A stretch of 32,000 bases of DNA, taken from contig MWBC01000004.1 of assembly GCA_002068885.1 (NCBI GenBank), positions 2,901-34,900 of the forward strand, in the 5' to 3' direction. The notes below the pieces were generated by a model. That model searched no databases and was not told the DNA's origin. It saw nothing but the letters and a program-made list of their open reading frames with translations. Within the stretch, counting starts at the first letter, position 1. Every line of letters starts with the position of its first letter. A program made the position numbers and the translations under genes. The stretch is from an archaeon ADurb.Bin336 (lineage in GTDB: Archaea > Iainarchaeota > Iainarchaeia > Iainarchaeales > JAAZKV01). This document shows, piece after piece, positions 19,510 through 27,447 of this stretch.

Positions 19510-19604
19510 CTATTTTCACCTCAAAACTAAAAACAATCCACTTTGCTTAACTAATCGCTTTTACTTATTCTCGCGTTAATTTATGTTTGCAAGAATTTTT
19601 GGCG

Positions 19605-19655
19605 ATTATTTAAGCCAATTGGCATAACTAAGTTTGCTTCTTTGGCTTTAAAAAG
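19605..19655 (-). promoter_or_regulatory. Promoter region candidates for S-layer gene
   Basis: On the minus strand, GCTTAAATAATC (about 19605-19614) and AAGCTTTTTAAAGC (about 19646-19655) are both TATA-like. The palindrome GCCAATTGGC lies between them. Confidence 0.4.
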
Positions 19656-20084
19656 CTTTTGGAAAGGGAAACGAATACCCTTACGACAAGGGGAGTCACC
19701 AAGGGGTTTTTTACGTTTAGGATGAATGATGACTTCGACAATTGCCATTTCAACTATTTTTGTACCAATTAAAAAAATTATTAAGTTTATTATTCAAACA
19801 CCCTAAAAATGCTTCATTCTTACAAGGTAAAAACGCTTTTTTAAAAAAAACTTTTTTGTGTAAAAAATTCTTTTCGTTGATTGTCAATTAGGGGATTAAA
19901 TTAAGATTAGTTTTGTTTTGCTTTAGAAATATCTTTCTTTTGAGTTTTTTTATCAACAACTTAGAGTATGTGAACTTTTCCAACATATTGCACTAAATTA
20001 ATTTAATACTGCATTCAACATCATTTTTTCAAAATCGTAATTTTTGAGTAAATTGAATTTGTTCTAATTTTCTTAAAAGAGCTT

Positions 20085-20270
20085 CTAATTCTTTTCCTTT
20101 ATAATCTTTAAAAACAATTTTCTTTTTAGAAACCATCTTCTAATCACTAGGTGTATTGTGGAATAAACAGTATTTAATAACCCGTCAATTAAATAAACTT
20201 TAAGTTTATAATTGGTTTTTGAATTAATTTCTTCAAAAACTTTATTTATTTCACTCACATTCAAAATCAT
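20085..20270 (-). pseudogene. Possible N-terminal remnant of a nucleotidyltransferase (AbiEii-like) gene
   Basis: MILNVSEINKVFEEINSKTNYKLKVYLIDG...STIHLVI resembles the family start ...YLIGG...STKDIDLVI but is shortened. Start overlaps the upstream ORF stop (ATGA). Another short frame, MVSKKKIVFKDYKGKELEALLRKLEQIQF, follows in a different register. Confidence 0.35.
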
Positions 20271-21127
20271 ACTAATCTTAACCCATATAGTTTTGCTTTT
20301 TCTTGTAAATCTTTTTTTGAAGGATAGTTAGGTAAATCAATTCCTGCAAAAACTCTATAAAGGTTTTTTACTATTTCGTCATCTGACTTAATATTGTTTT
20401 TTAATAAGAACATAGCTAAAAAAACTAAGTTCCGATAACCAAAATCAGTTTTTGTTATTAGTAATGCTTGATCAAAAACTTCTTTAGCACTAAGTTTTCT
20501 TTTTGGCAAATAATAATAATTAGTTAGAGGCAAAACTTTTATCCCAAATTCACTAAAAGCTAAAAACGCGGCTTTTGAAGCATTAATTGTTTCACTAGTA
20601 GAAAACAATATTTCTTTTTCAGATTTGAAATAAATTATTGAATTCTTTGGTACGCGTTTATCAAAACTCATTTCTTGTTTCAACAATTCTTGTAAAAACT
20701 CTTTTAATTTTGGCCAATTATTTTCATTAATCACGAATTTGTTTTTCACTTTTAGTATTAAGCCAATACGTCTTCCGCTTTGAATTAATTTATACACTGT
20801 TTGTTCATTACAACCAGTAATGTCACTAATTTTTTTACTGTTATTGGTGAAAGCATTTGTAAAAGAATTGCTAAATTATATTCTCTCAACAAACTAACCA
20901 AATTAAGGTTTTTTCTCAATAAAAAAACAAGATTCTTCAAATAGGGGACATTAACTAAAAAACCATTATTATTAATTAATTCTTTTTCCCTAAGTTTTTT
21001 TATTATTCTGTAAGCTTGGGATTTACTAGAACTCAATGCACTTTGTACTTTGTTAACATATCCAAAAAAAATCAAGCAAACGCAAGGCCTCCAATTCACT
21101 TCTTGAAAAACTAATAAAATAATCCAT
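20267..21127 (-). pseudogene. HTH-type regulator split by two homopolymer frameshifts (AbiEi-antitoxin-like)
   Basis: Joining three frames gives one protein: MDYFISFSRSELEALRLLDFF / GYVNKVQSALSSSKSQAYRIIKKLREKELI...LLQMLSPITVKK / ISDITGCNEQTVYKLIQSGRRIGLIL...YGLRLV. Breaks fall at an 8-nt homopolymer (21066-21073) and a 7-nt homopolymer (20830-20836). Confidence 0.65.
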
Positions 21128-21138
21128 TATTATACTAT

Positions 21139-21228
21139 AATGCGAAAAACATATGAATATTAGCATTAAAATATAAAATTAATTATTTTTTATAATAAAA
21201 TGCGAAATTAAATATAAATTTTAGCATT
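21139..21228. promoter_or_regulatory. Two dyad elements AATGCGAA-N13/14-TTAGCATT, 60 bp apart
   Basis: Arms at 21139-21146/21160-21167 and 21199-21206/21221-21228. 7 of 8 arm positions are complementary. Immediately upstream of ATG 21127 on the minus strand. Confidence 0.6.
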
Positions 21229-21259
21229 TTAATATAATTTTAATTAAAATTTATTATAA

Positions 21260-21610
21260 TTAATTTTTTTTATAACAATAAATTTTGTTATATTTGTCGT
21301 GATCCACTATACTTAAAACAAAAGCAATTACCTCAATCTCATCACTATTTTTTAGTGTATAATCCATTCGCCAAAAGTTTGACAATTCAATATGAAAAAG
21401 GTTTGTAACGCTATACTCTTCCAAATATTTTTTAGGAATAAGTTCTTTTTTAACAGGATCTCCATAATGAGGATTGATTTTAATTAACTCTACTTTATTT
21501 TTTATTGATTTAAGAATAGATTTATTTATCTTTGAATGAACTGCCTGTTCATTTAACTCCTTAAAAGCAAGTTCTGCTTCTTTAGACAAAATAACTCTTA
21601 CTTTTTTCAT
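21260..21610 (-). CDS. RelE/ParE-superfamily-like toxin
   Basis: VRVILSKEAELAFKELNE..., IKINPHYGDPVKKELIPKKYLEEYSVTNLFHIELSNFWRMDYTL...VLSIVDHDKYNKIY: typical RelE-fold layout. Overlaps the antitoxin ORF by 4 nt. Confidence 0.8.
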   Translation of the reverse strand: MKKVRVILSKEAELAFKELNEQAVHSKINKSILKSIKNKVELIKINPHYGDPVKKELIPKKYLEEYSVTNLFHIELSNFWRMDYTLKNSDEIEVIAFVLSIVDHDKYNKIYCYKKN

Positions 21611-21891
21611 AATTCGAAACCTTTTGAGACCGCTTGTTCTAATTTAGAATTGTTATTCTCAATCCAAGTAATTCCTTTTGAAGAAAATAATATTTTGTTA
21701 CTATCTTCAAGATAACCTAAAATAACTTTCAATGTATTATGATTAACTTGCTTTGGAAGAGCTCTTTTCAAATCAGCAACAGTAAACACGCTCAAAGGAA
21801 TAGATTTCATTGTTTGTTCCACCATCAAAACAGTGTTCAAAGTCGGCGAAGAAACTTCTTTTTCTTTAGTCTTAGCAAACATAAAAACCAC
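21607..21891 (-). CDS. Winged-HTH-type antitoxin partner of the RelE-like toxin
   Basis: SPTLNTVLMVEQTMKSIPLSVFTVADLKRALPKQVNHNTLKVILGYLEDSNKILFSSKGITWI. Small wHTH directly upstream of the toxin with ATGA overlap. ATG start at 21882 may be the true start. Confidence 0.75.
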   Translation of the reverse strand: MVFMFAKTKEKEVSSPTLNTVLMVEQTMKSIPLSVFTVADLKRALPKQVNHNTLKVILGYLEDSNKILFSSKGITWIENNNSKLEQAVSKGFEL

Positions 21892-21972
21892 TTACTAACT
21901 AATAACAAATTGGTATTAGTAAATAAATAAAAATGTTTGTGTTGATGAAAATCATAAACTCTTACTAATACC
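21892..21972. promoter_or_regulatory. Inverted-repeat operator candidates upstream of the TA operon
   Basis: Perfect 11-bp inverted repeat GGTATTAGTAA (21912-21922) / TTACTAATACC (21962-21972), plus an extra TTACTAA half-site at 21892-21898. Confidence 0.6.
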
Positions 21973-22004
21973 TTTTGCAAAATTAGATGAAGTCAATTAA
22001 TTTT

Positions 22005-23207
22005 TTACTCAAAAACCCCTAAACAACAAACAGAGTTTAATCCTTCCCTATTATATAAACAATCAGAAAAATACATAAAATCGTCATGCACCCATTTTTG
22101 AGTACACCCATTTTCATAATAAGTAATATTTGAATCCCATAATTTAGACTCTAATTCTTTAAACTCGTCAAGTTGTACCCTGTTCCATAATTTACTTTCT
22201 CTCCAAGTAGGTGCAACATAATCAAAGTAATCCCCATCACTACCATCCCCTGGGAGACAAACTCCTGTAAAATTAAATTTATTTCGGGTTATCACAATCT
22301 TCCCATATTTATAATCTTGTTCTTTGAGAGAAACTAAAAAAAGTTCTACATTATCTAAACCAAAAAAGTTTTTCTTGTGAATTATTTCTATTAATTCATT
22401 TTCATCCACCACTTTTGCTACCCTACGCTCTTCAAAAACACAGTGAGAAATTTCTCCTGCAATTAAACAATTTGCTATTTTGTTTGAATCTAAATTAAAG
22501 ACCATTAAGTATTCATTACCTTGGTTGGTTTGAACCAGAGTATGTTGAGGAATAAATCCATTGAGAAAAAAAGCTGTTAGAAAACTTACTAAAATTAAAA
22601 TTATTGAAAGCCCTGCATAAATAAAAAATCTTTTAGTAGCAGGTTCAACGAACTTGTTAACTTCTTTAGAATATTTAACAACATTAAATGCAGAAAAAAC
22701 TTGGATGAACATTACAAATAGGGGAAGACCTATACAAAGAATGGTAAAGATATCAAAATCGTTTCTAAGAAAAAGAAAAAATCCAAACACTAAAAACACG
22801 CAAGGACTTACACAGAAAAAAAAGATTTGAAGAATATCATAGGAAGAAATTATTGTAAAAGAAGTTTCATCTTTACTAATTTGTCCAAAATAAGTTGACT
22901 CCGCAACAGGTTTATTCAAATCCCAAGTGGTGACAGGACGCTTGTTGTTTTGAACCTTAAAATATTTACTAGAAAAAAAGGAAATATAAATTAGACAAAA
23001 AAATAAGTAAATCCACCTAATATAATCAAATTCAATAAATGGAAGAAACCCACTCAAATTCAAAAAATCAATTCCTGCAAAACCAATCCAAAAAATAATT
23101 GGTAATATTAATGATATTTGCCAAAACAAGCCCATTTTACTAATTGTTTCAAAAACTAATTTTTGCTCTTCGGAAGAAAGACCATTACTGCTCATAGCAA
23201 TACACAC
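22005..23207 (-). CDS. Hypothetical multi-pass membrane protein with C-terminal Cys-containing domain
   Basis: About 5 TM helices, then a soluble region with GVCLPGDGSDGDYF...YENGCTQKW...SDCLYNREGLNSVCCLG. Start may be the internal MSSNGLSSEEQ. Confidence 0.6.
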   Translation of the reverse strand: MCIAMSSNGLSSEEQKLVFETISKMGLFWQISLILPIIFWIGFAGIDFLNLSGFLPFIEFDYIRWIYLFFCLIYISFFSSKYFKVQNNKRPVTTWDLNKPVAESTYFGQISKDETSFTIISSYDILQIFFFCVSPCVFLVFGFFLFLRNDFDIFTILCIGLPLFVMFIQVFSAFNVVKYSKEVNKFVEPATKRFFIYAGLSIILILVSFLTAFFLNGFIPQHTLVQTNQGNEYLMVFNLDSNKIANCLIAGEISHCVFEERRVAKVVDENELIEIIHKKNFFGLDNVELFLVSLKEQDYKYGKIVITRNKFNFTGVCLPGDGSDGDYFDYVAPTWRESKLWNRVQLDEFKELESKLWDSNITYYENGCTQKWVHDDFMYFSDCLYNREGLNSVCCLGVFE

Positions 23208-23306
23208 TATTTAAGAATATAAAAACTTTTTGAAAAACAAAAATAAAAAAAAAACTAGATTCAAATTTCAAACAAAGAAATAATTTTATTGAAATAAATT
23301 TGTTTC

Positions 23307-23942
23307 TCATTCATAAATTTTTTTGTAGAATTTGTTTAGTTCTTCTTTGTTTAAGTTTTTCATCATAACATTAGCATATTTTTGGAATATTCCTGATAAT
23401 TGTACGAGTCCATCTTGGAATTCTGCTTGAGAGATATCTAGTTTGTTTGGTTTTATTACTTCTATTGATGTTGGGCCATAGTAGAATAGGAATAGTATTA
23501 GTGTAGAGAAATCTTTTACTGTTAAAGTGGTTTCAATGAAAGTAGAGTACATATTGTCTTCCTCAATTATTTCAGCAGAATCAATTCCATATACTGTAAA
23601 ATTAGTTTCTTTTTTAATTGCTTCAATCACTTTGTTAACATGTCTTTCAAGGAGTGTTTTTTCAATTGCTTTTAATTCAATAATTGCTCTAACTTTTATT
23701 TTGAACGAATCTTCTTCGGAAATTTTTTTTCTTTTATTGAGCTCATCAATAATATCTTGTCTTAATCTATACTTTGTAGGGTAACCATCCTTTAACACTA
23801 ACCCAAGTTTTAGCATTTGTTTTAATTCTATTCCTAATTTATCGTAAGGGATGTTTAGTTGTTTGTTTAACTCTTCCTCTGTTTTTGGTTCAGAGAGTAA
23901 GAGCAATGCAATCTTTTTTTGTTCGTCACTAAATCCACTCAC
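23307..23942 (-). CDS. Hypothetical protein with N-terminal winged-HTH-like region
   Basis: MSGFSDEQKKIALLLLSEPKTEEELNKQLNIPYDKLGIELKQMLKLGLVLKDGYPTKYRL is wHTH-like. The rest is uncharacterised. Confidence 0.55.
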   Translation of the reverse strand: MSGFSDEQKKIALLLLSEPKTEEELNKQLNIPYDKLGIELKQMLKLGLVLKDGYPTKYRLRQDIIDELNKRKKISEEDSFKIKVRAIIELKAIEKTLLERHVNKVIEAIKKETNFTVYGIDSAEIIEEDNMYSTFIETTLTVKDFSTLILFLFYYGPTSIEVIKPNKLDISQAEFQDGLVQLSGIFQKYANVMMKNLNKEELNKFYKKIYE

Positions 23943-24071
23943 TTTAAAATCACCTGACTCTTATAAAAGAGGGGTGTGTGGGGTTTAAAAAAGTAATTTT
24001 AAAGTGTTTTTTCTAAAGAATAAGAATAAAAGTAAAGCAAAACTAAAATGTATACAGAAAGAGTGTTTTGA

Positions 24072-24398
24072 ATGGATTTAATTTTGCTTAACTTGTTTAA
24101 TGAGTTCGCTAAGGGAATGAGTTTTTCTTTACCCAAAGCGAGTGAAGCGTTTAGCTTTTTGTTTAACCCAACTATTTTACTAATCGCAATCATTTTAATT
24201 GCAGTAACAATATTCATTTTGTTTTTCTTAAAAAAAGTAATTACTAATAGTATTCTTGGAGGAGTTACTTGGTTCATTGTTATTTACTTATTCAAAATAG
24301 AGTTGCCCCTAATACCTAGTTTTGTAATATCAGTAATAATTGGCCCAGCAGGTATAGGAACCATGCTATTATTAAAGTTCTTTGGTTTACTTATTTAG
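24072..24398 (+). CDS. BofA (pro-sigmaK processing inhibitor)-like membrane protein
   Basis: Short protein with TM segments; NSILGGVTWFIVIYLFKIELPLIPSFVISVIIGPAGIGTMLLLKFFG matches the BofA signature layout. Confidence 0.6.
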   Translation: MDLILLNLFNEFAKGMSFSLPKASEAFSFLFNPTILLIAIILIAVTIFILFFLKKVITNSILGGVTWFIVIYLFKIELPLIPSFVISVIIGPAGIGTMLLLKFFGLLI

Positions 24399-24403
24399 AG
24401 GTT

Positions 24404-24778
24404 TTGGTGGTGAGGAGAAAAATTCTTGGGTTCGGGACACGAGCAAGTGCAGGAATGAAGCGAGGAGCTTCTACTCTTAAGAGGAGTGCAGGAAATCTTA
24501 AGGTGAAGACAAGTAATTTTGGGAGGAACGCTAAATTGGTTACCCAAGCAGAGAGATTATTGTTTAGAAATAGGAATGGAAGAATAATATATGGGGATTC
24601 TTTACCGGTTTACAAAACCCTACAATTAGTTAAAAAAAGTAATTTACCCGAGAATGTCAAAAAGAAATATGTGGGAAAATTAAATGAGTTGTTTAAAAGA
24701 CACTATGAATTTGGAGTGAAGTGGGCAGAGGCCAGAAACGTACCCCCAGCTTCAGCAAGACAAAGAAAAGTTGGATAA
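24404..24778 (+). CDS. Hypothetical strongly basic protein
   Basis: 124 aa Arg/Lys-rich (RRKILGFGTRASAGMKRGASTLKRSAGNLKVKTSNFGRN). GAGGT just upstream, 5 nt after the preceding stop. Start ambiguous among TTG/GTG/GTG. Confidence 0.6.
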   Translation: MVVRRKILGFGTRASAGMKRGASTLKRSAGNLKVKTSNFGRNAKLVTQAERLLFRNRNGRIIYGDSLPVYKTLQLVKKSNLPENVKKKYVGKLNELFKRHYEFGVKWAEARNVPPASARQRKVG

Positions 24779-24948
24779 TGAAAAAAGAAAAAAATATTTT
24801 TTTGAACTTAGCCAAAGAAACTCTTTGAAATTTTTTTCCCACCCTCACTCTTTGAAAAAAATTTATTCAAATGTTTTTTAGGCATATTACATTAAATAGT
24901 TTAATCTGCTTTAATAATTTATTGAAAAGAAAGGGAAAGGAATAAAGA

Positions 24949-25575
24949 ATGGTGGATTTGAACGAGAGTAAAAAACTTTTGGTTGTTAGAAACGAGTTAA
25001 TAAATTGTGCAACAAAACACCCTCTATTTTTGAATGTAAAAAAAACTAATGGCCATATTGTTTTTGGAAGGGGAAGTGATGAGGCCAAAGTATTGTTTAT
25101 TGGAGAAGCTCCTGGTTTTACGGAGAACACAATAGGAAAACCTTTTGTGGGAAGGAGTGGTAAACTCCTTGAAGAATGGGTTAAGGAGGTAGGATTAACT
25201 CAAAGTGATTATGCAATAATGAATGTTGTTCCAATAATTCCACTAAGTGAAGAAAACAAAATTCGTCCACCCACTCCGCAAGAAATTAATTATTTTTTAC
25301 CCCAAACAATGAAAATGGTTAACACCATTAACCCAAGTGTGATAGTGTTGCTTGGAAAAAGTGCTGCTAGGGCATTTGGTAAAGAAAATATGCGAGTGGG
25401 GGAAAGTGTTTTACACGAAGGAAAAAAAATGTTTTTCATTTACCATCCAGCTTATTATTTAAGAAACGGCAAAAAGGGATTTGAGGATTTAACTAACTTA
25501 AAAAAAATAATTAGTGAGAACAAAAATTCAAAACAAACTAGTTTGAACAACTTTAAAACAAATCAAAATGAATAA
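24949..25575 (+). CDS. Family 4-like uracil-DNA glycosylase superfamily protein
   Basis: VLFIGEAPGFTENTIGKPFVGRSGKLLEEWVKEVGL...YAIMNVVPIIP...RPPTPQE...PSVIVLLGKSAARAFG...MFFIYHPAY: UDG superfamily motifs GEAPG and HPA. GGGAAAGG ribosome-binding region upstream. Confidence 0.88.
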   Translation: MVDLNESKKLLVVRNELINCATKHPLFLNVKKTNGHIVFGRGSDEAKVLFIGEAPGFTENTIGKPFVGRSGKLLEEWVKEVGLTQSDYAIMNVVPIIPLSEENKIRPPTPQEINYFLPQTMKMVNTINPSVIVLLGKSAARAFGKENMRVGESVLHEGKKMFFIYHPAYYLRNGKKGFEDLTNLKKIISENKNSKQTSLNNFKTNQNE

Positions 25576-25669
25576 CTTAAGACAAATCAATATGAACAAA
25601 TTAAAACAAATTAATTTGAACAAATTAAAAAAAATTAATATGAACAAATTAAGACAAATCAATAAATAA
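25519..25669 (+). repeat. 24-bp tandem repeat, about 6 units, starting inside the UDG-like gene
   Basis: Units approximate AACAAATTAAGACAAATCAATATG. The last four read in one frame as MNNLRQIN MNKLKQIN LNKLKKIN MNKLRQIN K*. Confidence 0.85.
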
Positions 25670-25715
25670 CTTCGAACCAAACCAACACTAGCACAAATAA
25701 CTTTTTTAAAAAAAA

Positions 25716-26495
25716 TTATCGCACATAGGATAATCCACTTTCATTCTTTTCTTCAACTTCTGCTTGTTGGAGATTTGTAGTTAATTCTTTAAACGCTTTT
25801 TCAATTGATTTAGCATCCTTTTCAATACTCTTCATTTTTAATTTTAAATTAAATCTCTTTGAAATTAATTCAATTACTTGCTTTGCAGAACCTTGATCAC
25901 CATAAACTAATTGAGGATTTGTTTCGCCCATCAAACAAGCTCCTTTAATTCCATGCAATCTACCTATACCAACAATTAACCCAGCTGCTCCAGAAATGAG
26001 CCCCTCTTTTTTATCCTCTTTTGCACCACACTTTTTCCAAGTATTAATTATTTCATCATCAGTCCCCGCAACAATAACATCAGGTTTTTTGTTCAATCTC
26101 CTATCCCCTACATTTAGACCTGCTAGAGTAATTATTTCAGTCACTCCCACGCTCTTAAAAAAACCAACTAAAGTTTCTGCAAACTCATAGTGTTCATGAG
26201 CAGAACCTACTTTAAAATCAAGAGTTGGTTGAACTGGGCCAGCTAGAATCAAAAAATCTTTCCCCTTAAAATTAAAGTGAAAAACATCATCCTTAATCAA
26301 AAAAATTTTTGAGTTTTTAGTGTGAATACTTGGGGGAAAAGAATCGGATAAAACTTCAGCAATTTTTTCTGTTTTAAGTTGTTTTAATAAATAATCAACA
26401 GCAATTTTTCCAACTAAACCAATTCCAGGCAAACCAACTATAAGAGTTGCTTCCTTGAATTGAACTTTTTTTGTTACGAGTAACCTAGTAGGCAT
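25716..26495 (-). CDS. PAC2 family protein (proteasome assembly chaperone-like)
   Basis: FKEATLIVGLPGIGLVGKIAVDYLLKQL...PPSIHTKNSKIF...FLILAGPVQP...EFAETLVGFFKSVGVTEIITLAGLN...GAAGLIVGIGRLHGIKGACLMGET. Confidence 0.88.
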   Translation of the reverse strand: MPTRLLVTKKVQFKEATLIVGLPGIGLVGKIAVDYLLKQLKTEKIAEVLSDSFPPSIHTKNSKIFLIKDDVFHFNFKGKDFLILAGPVQPTLDFKVGSAHEHYEFAETLVGFFKSVGVTEIITLAGLNVGDRRLNKKPDVIVAGTDDEIINTWKKCGAKEDKKEGLISGAAGLIVGIGRLHGIKGACLMGETNPQLVYGDQGSAKQVIELISKRFNLKLKMKSIEKDAKSIEKAFKELTTNLQQAEVEEKNESGLSYVR

Positions 26496-26554
26496 GAATA
26501 ATTATTAAAAGAAAAAGAATATAAATCTTAAATCTAGTCACAAAAATGATTTAT

Positions 26555-27316
26555 TTACTTCTTATCATTCCTAGTAAATTCAAAAACAACTCCTAATTTT
26601 TTAGAGTTTTTTTGAGCGGAGTCAACTAACCTAGTGAGGGTTTTGTCCGCTTCTTTGTAAGTTAAACCGGAACAAGCTAAATTAAAAGAACCGCCCCCCG
26701 CATAAGCAACAATACAATTATTTGTTTCTTCAAATTCTTTTAATACACTCTTAATTAAATTAAGTCCGCCTGAAGAAAGACAATATATTTTTGCTTTACC
26801 AGAAATCTCTTTTTTTGAAACTACAATATTTTCTTTCACCAATTTTTTAACTGGTTCAACCCAAAATTTTTCAACCTCTCCAGAAAAATCATAACCCAAA
26901 GCAATTTTTTCAAACGCATCGTAAAGAGAACCATGTGCTTGTGAAAGAGGTTCTGCTACATTATCCCAAACTTCATCAAAAGATTTTTTTGTCATTTTTG
27001 ATAAAATCTCAATTAATTTTTCTTCTCTATTAATTTGTTTGAATTGATTCAAAACTTGCCTCTCCCTCATTGGGTTAACTCCGGCAAAAGACAAATCTAT
27101 TTGCCTCTTTGCTAAATCAACGTTAAGAACTTTTGCTACCCTAACCTGATTCATTTTAACAAAATTTCTAATATTTTTTACCCAAGAAGAAGAAACATTA
27201 CTAATGTGAATAAAACCCCTAGCATTATTATACTCAAGTAATTCTACAAACACCCCATAATCAAGTATTTGACTTACCTTAACTACTACAAAATCATCTC
27301 TATTTGGAAAATCCAT
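26555..27316 (-). CDS. eif2a: Translation initiation factor aIF2 subunit alpha
   Basis: S1 domain FVVVKVSQILDYGVFVELLEYNNARGFIHISNVSSSWVKNIRNFVK...VRVAKVLNVDLAKRQIDLSF. Confidence 0.94.
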   Translation of the reverse strand: MDFPNRDDFVVVKVSQILDYGVFVELLEYNNARGFIHISNVSSSWVKNIRNFVKMNQVRVAKVLNVDLAKRQIDLSFAGVNPMRERQVLNQFKQINREEKLIEILSKMTKKSFDEVWDNVAEPLSQAHGSLYDAFEKIALGYDFSGEVEKFWVEPVKKLVKENIVVSKKEISGKAKIYCLSSGGLNLIKSVLKEFEETNNCIVAYAGGGSFNLACSGLTYKEADKTLTRLVDSAQKNSKKLGVVFEFTRNDKK

Positions 27317-27447
27317 AAGAAAAACCTTTATAAAAACACTTAAAAAACTCTCTTATTAACCAAAAAAATATTTTTGACTAATTTAAAAAAAATATTTGAT
27401 TTAATTAAAAAATATCAATAAAAAATTATTCAATTAATCAAAAAAAA

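Noticed and set aside
18398-19579. Antisense ORFs 18398..18613 (+) and 19349..19579 (+) at the S-layer gene
   Set aside because: They overlap the S-layer coding sequence and have no supporting motif.
19720-19740. ATGATGA resembling a C box of a C/D small RNA
   Set aside because: No D box (CTGA), D' box or C' box at suitable spacing in the neighbourhood.
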